Source: Nemertoderma westbladi (lineage: Eukaryota; Animalia; Xenacoelomorpha). Taken from it: a stretch of DNA of 64,000 nt. A model generated the notes under the pieces. That model ran no database searches and was not told where the DNA came from. It was given only the letters and a program-made list of their open reading frames with translations. Shown here in pieces: positions 30,201 through 41,657 of the stretch. The stretch is taken from the NCBI GenBank assembly GCA_032718475.1, contig JAUCBJ010009046.1, positions 31,896-95,895 of the forward strand. The letters run 5' to 3'. How positions within the stretch are numbered: the stretch's first letter is position 1; every line of letters starts with the position of its first letter. The position numbers and the translations under genes are program-made.

Positions 30201-32477
30201 TCCGTAAGTCATATACAATCACTTACAACATCTAGTACCATCCGTAAGTCATACAATCACTTACAACATCTAGTACCATCCGTAAGTCATATACAATCAC
30301 TTACAACATCTAGTACCATCCGTAAGTCATACAATCACTTACAACATCTAGTACCATCCGTAAGTCATATACAATCACTTACAACATCTAGTACCATCCG
30401 TAAGTCATATACAATCACTTACAACATCTAGTACCATCCGTAAGTCATACAATCACTTACAACATCTAGTACCATCCGTAAGTCATACAATCACTTACAA
30501 CATCTAGTACCATCCGTAAGTCATACAATCACTTACAACATCTAGTACCATCCGTAAGTCATACAATCACTTACAACATTTAGTACCATCCGTAAGTCAT
30601 ACAATCACTTACAACATCTAGTACCATCCGTAAGTCATATACAATCACTTACAACATCTAGTACCATCCGTAAGTCATATACAATCACTTACAACATCTA
30701 GTACCATCCGTAAGTCATACAATCACTTACAACATCTAGTACCATCCGTAAGTCATATACAATCACTTACAACATCTAGTACCATCCGTAAGTCATACAA
30801 TCACTTACAACATCTAGTACCATCCGTAAGTCATACAATCACTTACAACATCTAGTACCATCCGTAAGTCATATACAATCACTTACAACATCTAGTACCA
30901 TCCGTAAGTCATATACAATCACTTACAACATCTAGTACCATCCGTAAGTCATACAATCACTTACAACATCTAGTACCATCCGTAAGTCATATACAATCAC
31001 TTACAACATCTAGTACCATCCGTAAGTCATACAATCACTTACAACATCTAGTACCATCCGTATGTCATATACAATCACTTACAACATCTAGTACCATCCG
31101 TAAGTCATATACAATCACTTACAACATTTAGTACCATCCGTAAGTCATATACAATCACTTACAACATCTAGTACCATCCGTAAGTCATATACAATCACTT
31201 ACAACATCTAGTACCATCCGTAAGTCATATACAATCACTTACAACATCTAGTACCATCCGTAAGTCATATACAATCACTTACAACATCTAGTACCATCCG
31301 TAAGTCACACAATCACTTACAACATCTAGTACCATCCGTAAGTCATATACAATCACTTACAACATCTAGTACCATCCGTAAGTCATACAATCACTTACAA
31401 CATCTAGTACCATCCGTAAGTCATACAATCACTTACAACATCTAGTACCATCCGTAAGTCACACAATCACTTACAACATCTAGTACCATCCGTAAGTCAT
31501 ATACAATCACTTACAACATCTAGTACCATCCGTAAGTCATACAATCACTTACAACATCTAGTACCATCCGTAAGTCATACAATCACTTACAACATCTAGT
31601 ACCATCCGTAAGTCATATACAATCACTTACAACATCTAGTACCATCCGTAAGTCATACAATCACTTACAACATCTAGTACCATCCGTAAGTCATATACAA
31701 TCACTTACAACATCTAGTACCATCCGTAAGTCATATACAATCACTTACAACATCTAGTACCATCCGTAAGTCATATACAATCACTTACAACATCTAGTAC
31801 CATCCGTAAGTCATATACAATCACTTACAACATCTAGTACCATCCGTAAGTCATATACAATCACTTACAACATCTAGTACCATCCGTATTTCATACAATC
31901 ACTTACAACATCTAGTACCATCCGTAAGTCATATACAATCACTTACAACATCTAGTACCATCCGTATTTCATACAATCACTTACAACATCTAGTACCATC
32001 CGTAAGTCATATACAATCACTTACAACATCTAGTACCATCCGTAAGTCATATACAATCACTTACAACATCTAGTACCATCCGTATTTCATACAATCACTT
32101 ACAACATCTAGTACCATCCGTAAGTCATATACAATCACTTACAACATCTAGTACCATCCGTAAGTCATATACAATCACTTACAACATCTAGTACCATCCG
32201 TATTTCATACAATCACTTACAACATCTAGTACCATCCGTAAGTCATATACAATCACTTACAACATCTAGTACCATCCGTAAGTCATATACAATCACTTAC
32301 AACATCTAGTACCATCCGTAAGTCATATACAATCACTGACAACATCTAGTACCATCCGTAAGTCATATACAATCACTTACAACATCTAGTACCATCCGTA
32401 AGTCATATACAATCACTTACAACATCTAGTACCATCCGTAAGTCATATACAATCACTTACAACATCTAGTACCATCC
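3286..32477 (-). repeat. ~29-kb satellite of 38/40-bp units (~750 copies) filling intron 2; unit = last 17 nt of exon 2 + GTAAGT donor + 15-17 further intron nt
   Basis: Plus-strand unit ACTTACAACATCTAGTACCATCCGTAWGTCAT(AT)ACAATC. The right end runs directly into exon 2 (…GGATGGTACTAGATGTT|gtaagt). Contains an assembly gap, so true length is unknown. Confidence 0.97.
21075..21174. other. Assembly gap (100 N) inside the satellite
   Basis: Run of n characters. Confidence 1.
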
Positions 32478-32594
32478 TCAGAGACATGTCAATGACAACA
32501 TTGACGGGATTGTTCTGGTCAACAACCGGTCTGATTCTGGGATTGTATCTCCCGCCCTGAAACAATTTCTCGTAGAGACGACCCAAATCTTTAT
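32461..32594 (-). CDS. nAChR-type subunit coding exon 2
   Basis: tttaatag acceptor and gtaagt donor. Translates (N)KDLGRLYEKLFQGGRYNPRIRPVVDQNNPVNVVIDMSLRMVLDV, the typical L..Y....RPV.....V.V..SL..LDV segment; phase-0 intron before DEKNQ as in other nAChR genes. Confidence 0.93.
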
Positions 32595-32635
32595 CTATTA
32601 AATATAATAATCAAGGCAGGGCTAGATTGTAAGAT

Positions 32636-35100
32636 TGGGCATAACTTTATACAGTATAGTGTAATCTTGGACTTACTGTACTGGGTATAACTTTATACAG
32701 TATAGTGTAATCTTGGACTTACTGTACTGGGCATAACTTTATACAGTATAGTGTAATCTTGGACTTACTGTACTGGGTATAACTTTATACAGTATAGTGT
32801 AATCTTGAACTTACTGTACTGGGCATAACTTTATACAGTATAGTGTAATCTTGAACTTACTGTACTGGGCATAACTTTATACAGTATAGTGTAATCTTGG
32901 ACTTACTGTACTGGGCATAACTTTATACAGTATAGTGTAATCTTGGACTTACTGTACTGGGCATAACTTTATACAGTATAGTGTAATCTTGGACTTACTG
33001 TACTGGGCATAACTTTATACAGTATAGTGTAATCTTGAACTTACTGTACTGGGCATAACTTTATACAGTATATTGTAATCTTGAACTTACTGTACTGTAC
33101 TGGGTATAACTTTATACAGTATAGTGTAATCTTGGACTTACTTTACTGGGCATAACTTTATACAGTATAGTGTAATCTTGAACTTACTGTACTGTACTGG
33201 GCATAACTTTATACAGTATAGTGTAATCTTGGACTTACTGTACTGGGCATAACTTTATACAGTATAGTGTAATCTTGAACTTACTGTACTGGGCATAACT
33301 TTATACAGTATAGTGTAATCTTGGACTTACTGTACTGGGCATAACTTTATACAGTATAGTGTAATCTTGGACTTACTGTACTGGGTATAACTTTATACAG
33401 TATAGTGTAATCTTGGACTTACTGTATTGGGCATAACTTTATACAGTATAGTGTAATCTTGGACTTACTGTACTGGGCATAACTTTATACAGTATAGTGT
33501 AATCTTGGACTTACTGTACTGGGCATAACTTTATACAGTATAGTGTAATCTTGGACTTACTTTACTGGGCATAACTTTATACAGTATAGTGTAATCTTGA
33601 ACTTACTGTACTGGGCATAACTTTATACAGTATAGTGTAATCTTGGACATACTGTATTGGGCATAACTTTATACAGTATAGTGTAATCTTGGACTTACTG
33701 TACTGGGCATAACTTTATACAGTATAGTGTAATCTTGGACTTACTGTACTGGGCATAACTTTATACAGTATAGTGTAATCTTGGACTTACTTTACTGGGC
33801 ATAACTTTATACAGTATAGTGTAATCTTGAACTTACTGTACTGGGCATAACTTTATACAGTATAGTGTAATCTTGAACTTACTGTACTGTACTGGGCATA
33901 ACTTTATACAGTATAGTGTAATCTTGGACTTACTGTACTGGGCATAACTTTATACAGTATAGTGTAATCTTGGACTTACTGTACTGGGCATAACTTTATA
34001 CAGTATTGTGTAATCTTGGACTTACTGTACTGGGCATAACTTTATACAGTATAGTGTAATCTTGGACTTACTTTACTGGGCATAACTTTATACAGTAGTG
34101 TAATCTTGGACTTACTGTACTGGGCATAACTTTATACAGTAACAGTATAGTGTAATCTTGGACTTACTGTACTGGGCATAACTTTATACAGTATAGTGTA
34201 ATCTTGAACTTACTGTACTGGGCATAACTTTATACAGTATAGTGTAATCTTGAACTTACTGTACTGTACTGGGCATAACTTTATACAGTATAGTGTAATC
34301 TTGGACTTACTGTACTGGGCATATCTTTATACAGTATAGTGTAATCTTGGACTTACTGTACTGGGCATAACTTTATACAGTATAGTGTAATCTTGGACTT
34401 ACTGTACTGGGCATAACTTTATACAGTATAGTGTAATCTTGAACTTACTGTACTGGGCATAACTTTATACAGTATAGTGTAATCTTGAACTTACTGTACT
34501 GTACTGGGCATAACTTTATACAGTATAGTGTAATCTTGGACTTACTGTACTGGGCATAACTTTATACAGTATAGTGTAATCTTGGACTTACTGTACTGGG
34601 CATAAGTTTATACAGTATAGTGTAATCTTGGACTTACTGTACTGGGCATAACTTTATACAGTATAGTGTAATCTTGGACTTACTGTACTGGGCATAACTT
34701 TATACAGTATAGTGTAATCTTGAACTTACTGTACTGGGCATAACTTTATACAGTATAGTGTAATCTTGGACTTACTTTACTGGGCATAACTTTATACAGT
34801 ATAGTGTAATCTTGAACTTACTGTACTGGGCATAACTTTATACAGTATAGTGTAATCTTGAACTTACTGTACTGTACTGGGCATAACTTTATACAGTATA
34901 GTGTAATCTTGGACTTACTGTACTGGACATAACTTTATACAGTATAGTGTAATCTTGGACTTACTGTACTGGGCATAACTTTATACAGTATAGTGTAATC
35001 TTGGACTTACTTTACTGGGCATAACTTTATACAGTATAATGCAATCTTGAACTTACTGTACTGGGTATAACTTTATACATTATAGTGTAATATTGGACTT
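32636..35100. repeat. 46-bp minisatellite (CTGGGCATAACTTTATACAGTATAGTGTAATCTTGGACTTACTGTA), ~53 copies, near the 3' end of intron 1
   Basis: Direct tandem repeat; each unit reads ACA|GTAAGT on the gene's sense (minus) strand. Confidence 0.95.
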
Positions 35101-35580
35101 ATAAGATTACGTTGTGGAACAAATTTAATTTCGACGGTACAGTGTAGTTACGATTATATATCAGAGACAATAATAAGTGTTACGTAAAGCTGCTATACTC
35201 TGCCTTTGAAAAAGTAATTTATTCTAAAAACTCAAAAGATTTAGGTGTATTATTAAATAATGGAATCATTCACAAGATGAATGAATTAGCTTCACTTGTT
35301 ATGATAACATCTGATATTCAGGGATATATACTTGCTTTCTACTAATTAATCTCATTCTCCAAGATGCGTATTGCACTGCAAGAAATGACAAAATACTGTA
35401 ATAATTTATGCTGTCCCATACAAAGGAACCCCAACTCGTTCTAAGCCATCGATGCATAGATATAAGCGCTATAAAACACTTAATAAAGATAAATTCAAAA
35501 AAAGAAAAAATCTTCATATATAAAATTCCAATAAAAGGTCGACCGAGAAGTGAAATCCTGGTAATCTTCACATGTTGGGC

Positions 35581-35871
35581 GGGTTATTACCAGCTATTAA
35601 GAGCTATCCAATTTTTGCAAAGGCTATCCAACAGTTACCCTATTTTTGCACAGGCTATCCAACAGTTACCCTATTTTTGCACAGGCTATCCAACAGTTAC
35701 CCTATTTTTGCACAGGCTATCCAACAGTTACCCTATTTTTGCACAGGCTATCCAACAGTTACCCTATTTTTGCACAGGCTATCCAACAGTTACCCTATTT
35801 TTGCACAGGCTATCCAACAGTTACCCTATTTTTGCACAGGCTATCCAACAGTTACCCTATTTTTGCACAGG
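35581..35871 (+). repeat. 31-bp satellite array (GCTATCCAACAGTTACCCTATTTTTGCACAG), plus orientation, with conserved head sequence
   Basis: Tandem repeat; same family as the inverted arrays at 36879-37870, 40677-41368 and 45758-46251. Confidence 0.93.
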
Positions 35872-35933
35872 ATACAGTTATCGAAAATCTATTTAACTGT
35901 ATTGGATTTAATTTTTAGATTTATTAAGGTGTA

Positions 35934-36810
35934 AGGGCAGGAGATGTCCTTGAAATAATTTTATAGTTGTACCTGTACCACGTACTGATATCAGGATAGG
36001 CAACCTTTGTTATAATATTGTCTCTTTGGGGTGACCGATTATACCGGTAGACCTACCGCACACCTGACGAGGAGCGGTAACAGTCATAAGTGGTTAAGTT
36101 TCCGATGAACTAGTAGAACTGACTAAACACATGCAGCATGCTCAACACAGCCACAGGCGCAGGTAGGTTAACACACTTACAATTCGGAATTCAAAATTAT
36201 AATTACAAGCCTAATCGGAAACAAAATAGACTTGACTTTCCGGGTCTTAAAATTTTTCATGTATCTCGCGTTTGTTTAACGACCTTACAAACACACTCGG
36301 GTAGGCTTGCAGTGTATGTGATCAAACTCTTAATTACCTACGTATGTGAGTATAGAGTCGTAATTACCTACGAACCTACGGTTAAGTTGACTTAACCACC
36401 CCCCCCCCCCCCCTCCCTTTCGCCTAAATATTAGTTTAGATCTGATTTGTAAGTAAATTTGCTTGTTACATATTTTTTGTCTTTGTTTGTGCTATTGTTA
36501 TTATGTATATTATATTATATTTTTTGTACTGATTTACTGTATGCATATCGAGATACAGTAGATTATCGATTGGTCAGCCGGACATACAGACATATTATTA
36601 TTTGGTGTATTTCTGTGTTGTTTTTTAATTTAAGTGACTTGTTTCCTGTACCATTTAAATGTCAATAAAATACTATTAGTAGGCCTCCGGTATAATCGGT
36701 CAGCCCTTAAAGACAATACTATAACAAAGGATGCATAATATCCTGAATCCAGATATCAGTATGTGGTACCGGTACAACTATAAATTTATTCCAAGGAGGC
36801 CTGCTGCCCT
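35934..36810. mobile_element. Non-autonomous DNA transposon (MITE/foldback-like) with ~125-bp imperfect terminal inverted repeats, flanked by TA
   Basis: 35934-36056 is an imperfect inverted repeat of 36679-36810 (TA|AGGGCAG…CTGCCCT|TA); no coding capacity recognised. Confidence 0.75.
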
Positions 36811-36878
36811 TATTAAATGTAAAAATACAATCCCAGACAGCCTTGAGACCATTTTTGACCTTTTTCAATCCATTTTAG

Positions 36879-37870
36879 GTAACTGTTGGATAGCTGTGTA
36901 AAAATAGGATAACTGTTGGATAGCCTGTGCAAAAATAGGATAACTGTTGGATAGCTGTGCCAAAATAGGATAACTGTTGGATAGCCTGTGCAAAAATAGG
37001 ATAACTGTTGGATAGCTGTGCAAAAATTGGATAACTGTTGGATAGCCTGTGCAAAAATTGGATAACTGTTAGATAGCCTGTGCAAAAATTGGATAACTGT
37101 TGGATAGCCTGTGCAAAAATTGGATAACTGTTGGATAGCCTGTGCAAAAATAGGATAACTGTTGGATAGCTGTGCAAAAATTGGATAACTGTTGGATAGC
37201 CTATGCAAAAATTGGATAACTGTTGGATAGCCTGTGCAAAAATAGGATAACTGTTGGATAGCTGTGCAAAAATTGGATAACTGTTGGATAGCCTGTGCAA
37301 AAATAGGATAACTGTTGGATAGCCTGTGCAAAAATTGGATAACTGTTGGATAGCCTGTGCAAAAATTGGATAACTGTTGGATAGCCTGTGCAAAAATTGG
37401 ATAACTGTTGGATAGCCTGTGCAAAAATTGGATAACTGTTGGATAGCCTGTGCAAAAATTGGATAACTGTTGGATAGCCTGTGCAAAAATAGGATAACTG
37501 TTGGATAGCTGTGCAAAAATTGGATAACTGTTGGATAGCCTGTGCAAAAATTGGATAACTGTTGGATAGCCTGTGCAAAAATTAGATAACTGTTGGATAG
37601 CCTGTGCAAATATAGGATAACTGTTAGCTGTGCCAAAATTGGATAACTGTTTGATAGCCTGTGCAAAAATAGGATAACTGTTGGATTGCCTGTGCAAAAA
37701 TTGGATAACTGTTGGATAGCCTGTGCAAAAATTGGATAACTGTTGGATAGCCTGTGCAAAAATTGGATAACTGTTGGATAGCCTGTGCAAAAATAGGATA
37801 ACTGGTGGATAGCTGTGCAAAAATTGGATAACTGTTGGATAGCCTGTGCAAAAATTGGATAACTGCTGGA
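36879..37870 (-). repeat. 31-bp satellite array, minus orientation (~32 copies)
   Basis: Tandem GGATAACTGTTGGATAGCCTGTGCAAAAATW. Confidence 0.95.
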
Positions 37871-39850
37871 CGGTCAGGGCCCTAAACCGATTAGGTTCTC
37901 TGTTCGCAGAACACCGAACACTATTCCGGCCACGGAACTAGTCCAGCAGAATGCCTTTATAGAATCCTGGAATTTGTGGGACGAGAGGATCTCAGCAACT
38001 AAGCGAAAACGAACAATAGGATGTTCCTAGACCCCCCCCCCCCCAAAATTTATCCAGAAGACTTTTCGCCATACATAATGTGTTAAAAAGGTCTACGGTT
38101 CTCCAGCTAGGGCCAATTTGAGTCAAAAAGTCCGCTTCCCTAGCAACCACGTTGCTATGGAGATAAGTCCAGAACCGCTAATGCTACGGACTTGGGACCG
38201 GCGCCAATCGATAGGCAGCATATGGGTTTACCTTCAAGAGATTTTTTTTGGAGCGATCAGATCATAATCTTGACCATGATCAGCAAAGATCAGTTTTGAT
38301 CAGCAATCGGACACTCAAGGCTTGCTCTAATCGAAAAACTTAACATTACAAAAAGATTCAGCGACCCCACATTAGTCATGATTCCCGTTAAAAGATTTAA
38401 AAAAAAGTGAATTCTTCCCGGTCAAAACGCAAGATCATGATCGCGCAAAGATCGGACTTCGTAAAATCGTAACTAAGCATTTTGGATATAAACAATTACT
38501 GTAGGAAACGTTCAGAACACCGCCCTGAGTCGATTAAAAAAAAATTGGCCCGATCGGACAACCGGTTCTCGAGATCTGATACCTGATCATTAAAGATGAT
38601 ATTTTTCGGTTTTTTCAAATTTTCTCGAAAACTTTGTTTGAGACCCCCGATTTTTTTTTTACGAATCGACTTCTATGATGAAGGGGCAACTTTTGAGCAT
38701 TTCGAAATTTTCAAAAAGCGATTTGATCAGGCCGCGATCAGAAAAGATCGTGTTTTCGGTTTTATTTTGAATACCAAGTCCTGGGAGTTCACCGTTTGGA
38801 AAAACTTAACATCACAAAAAGATTCCTCGCCCTCGAATTATGGGGGGTAGCCAAAATTTGGGCATAAAAAAGTTCAAGTCTAGTGGGTCAAAACTCAAGA
38901 TCATGATCGCGAAAAGATCAGTATATTTAAAATCGAATCTAAGCATTTTTCTAATAAACATTCATTGTAAGAAATGTGCAATGGTCTATTCTGAGTTGAT
39001 TAAAAAAAAAATTGGCTCGATCGGGCAACCAGTTCTCGAGATCAGCTTCCTGATCATAAAAGATCGTGTTTTTCAGTTTTTCCCGATTTTCTCTAAAACT
39101 TTGTTTGAGACCCCCGATTTTTTTTTCACTAATCGACTTCTATTATGAAGGGGCAACTTTTGAGCATTTCAAAATTTTCAAAAAGCGATTTGATCACGCC
39201 ATGATCAGGAAAGATCATGTTTTCGGTTTTATTTCGAAGACCAAGTCCTGTAAGTTCACCGTTTGAAAAAACTTAACATTACAAAAAGATTCCTCACCCT
39301 CGAATTAGGGGGGGTAGCCAAAATTTGACCATAAAAAGTTCAATTCTAGGGGGTCAAAAGATCATGATCGCGAAATGATCAGTTTTTTCGAAATTACTTC
39401 TGAGCATTTTGGGGCAAAACTTTCAAACTAAAAAACATTCACTGGAGTGTTCTAAGTAGATTAAAAAAAAATTCGACTCAATAGGCCTACCGGTACCGGA
39501 GATATTGTCGTCCAAAGTCTGCTTCCGGTAATTCGAAAATATTTCGAAAACCCTTGATCGAATTTTTTCCTTGAAAATATGTGAATGTACAATTAGTGGA
39601 CCCGCATCTAACGATATATCACAATCCATATTTCGGATGATAGGTACCGGTGAAATCAGACTTTACCAAAAAAATTCAAATTTTAGCTACTCATGTCTGA
39701 CTATCTCGAAAACTATAATAGGTATGGAAATACTTTCACTGCAAGAAATGTTCGCCTATCCAATGCGCTTCTAACTCTGTGCTCGGATTTTGCATAGTGT
39801 CAAAACCTACAACTTAACCCCCCCAGCGGAGGGAACTGAGTGACCGGAGC
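37871..39850. mobile_element. Probable transposon-derived segment with ~2.5 diverged internal ~466-bp direct repeats rich in GATC motifs
   Basis: AAAAACTTAACAT recurs at 38334, 38800 and 39267; ORFs 38596 and 39066 are paralogous translations of the repeat. Outer boundaries are approximate. Confidence 0.5.
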
Positions 39851-40514
39851 GCCAGTACTATCTTTCATTATTATGAAGTAATAAGGGCGGTGGGTGGGGT
39901 AGGTGGTGAACACTATTTATAGGGTGGAGGGAGGGTCTAGTATATTACTTTAGGATATTTGATTTCTTTGCAATATAGTTTAGCTGCCTCAGTCTTATTT
40001 GTAATATGTTATACATTACACCAAATTATATCAAGTTTTAACATACTACATTGTCTACCTGTAGGAGAAATATACAATGTAGGGCTCATAATATATTTAT
40101 AAATAGATTTAGTATATTTACATTGTATAACAGAGTTAATTGATACTATTACGGTATTATACTAAAGACGCCGCTTTGATATATCTGATCAAATGGCAAT
40201 TTCTTGTATATTATCTATTTCACTATCTTGGGTATATCATTCAATTTCTAAAACTATAATAATAAACATTTACTTCACTTCTTGTTTACTCGCATGGATA
40301 TATTGATATAAAACACTTCAGTATAATATCTTATAGGGCCAAACGCAGATTAATCGGAATAATATGTTTAATTATTGTTACAATTGGCACATTGAAGTAA
40401 GTAGTACATGAGTTTGATAAAATAATTATGAATCTGTATCTTATTCTACTTTGTCTATATGATTATGTTATATAATAATGTTACTTTATCACTTTGGTTT
40501 AAACCGATCTCCTT

Positions 40515-40585
40515 TACTATTACTTACTACTTATACTACTACTACTACTACTACTACTATTACTACTACTGCTACTGACTACTAC
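40515..40585. repeat. (TAC)n microsatellite
   Basis: Imperfect tactactac run. Confidence 0.85.
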
Positions 40586-40676
40586 AGAGTTATATATTAT
40601 AAGAGGATGGGGTTCGTGATTATTAGTTATTATACAAGTGCCCCTCGGCTATAGAGATTCCACCCTCGGTTGCTTA

Positions 40677-41368
40677 CTGGATAGCCTGTGCAAAAATTGG
40701 ATAACTGTTGGATAGCCTGTGCAAAAATTGGATAACTGTTGGATAGCCTGTGCAAAAATAGGATAACTGTTGGATAGCCTGTGCAAAAATTGGATAACTG
40801 TTGGATAGCTGTGCAAAAATAGGATAACTGTTGGATAGCCTGTGCAAAAATTGGATAACTGTTGGATAGCCTGTGCAAAAATTGGATAACTGTTGGATAG
40901 CCTGTGCAAAAATAGGATAACTGTTGGATAGCCTGTGCAAAAATAGGATAACTGGTGGATAGCCTGTGCAAAAATAGGATAACTGGTGGTTGGATAGACT
41001 GTGCAAATTGGATAACTGTTGGATAGCCTGTGCAAAAATAGGATAACTGGTGGATAGCCTGTGCAAAAATAGGATAACTGGTGGTTGGATAGACTGCACA
41101 AATTGGATAACTGTTGGATAGCCTGTGCAAAAATTAGATAACTGTTGGATAGCCTGTGCAAATATAGGATAACTGTTAGCTGTGCCAAAATTGGATAACT
41201 GTTAGATAGCCTGTGCAAAAATAGGATAACTGTTGGATTGCCTGTGCAAAAATTGGATAACTGTTGGATAGCCTGTGCAAAAATTGGACAACTGTTGTAT
41301 AGCCTGTGCAAAAATTGGATAACTGTTGGATAGCCTGTGCAAAAATTGGATAACTGTTGGATAGCCTG
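40677..41368 (-). repeat. 31-bp satellite array, left part, interrupted by the LTR retrotransposon
   Basis: Tandem repeat ending at the GCCTG target-site duplication. Confidence 0.95.
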
Positions 41369-41543
41369 TATAAGATATAAATGTGTCAGTTATTCAAAAT
41401 GTATTAATCCTATAATCATCTAGCACTGTCAGACTACAAACCGCACAATACTGCAATGACCAGAATACCAACCACCACCACAGTTACACTCAGCAGTCAG
41501 CAGCCTATAATAATCCATCCATCTATCTCACACATATCTTATA
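41369..41543 (-). repeat. 3' LTR (175 bp), termini TATAAGATAT…ATATCTTATA
   Basis: Identical to 45583-45757 by eye. Confidence 0.95.
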
Positions 41544-41551
41544 TTCCCCCC
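41544..41551 (-). other. Polypurine tract GGGGGGAA (a second copy lies at ~41584-41591)
   Basis: Directly abuts the 3' LTR on the element's sense strand. Confidence 0.8.
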
Positions 41552-41657
41552 AGTTTGTAAAATAAACTATCTGTGTTCTCATATTCCCCCCAGTTTATAG
41601 TAAACGTATATTTAACACCATGTTCAAGTAAATAGCTCCAATCGATATTTAGCTAAT

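Noticed and set aside
3301-32460. CRISPR-like array, or the short SYNHLQHLVP ORFs as genes
   Set aside because: No unique spacers or cas genes; eukaryotic context; the ORFs arise from alternating 38- and 40-bp units.
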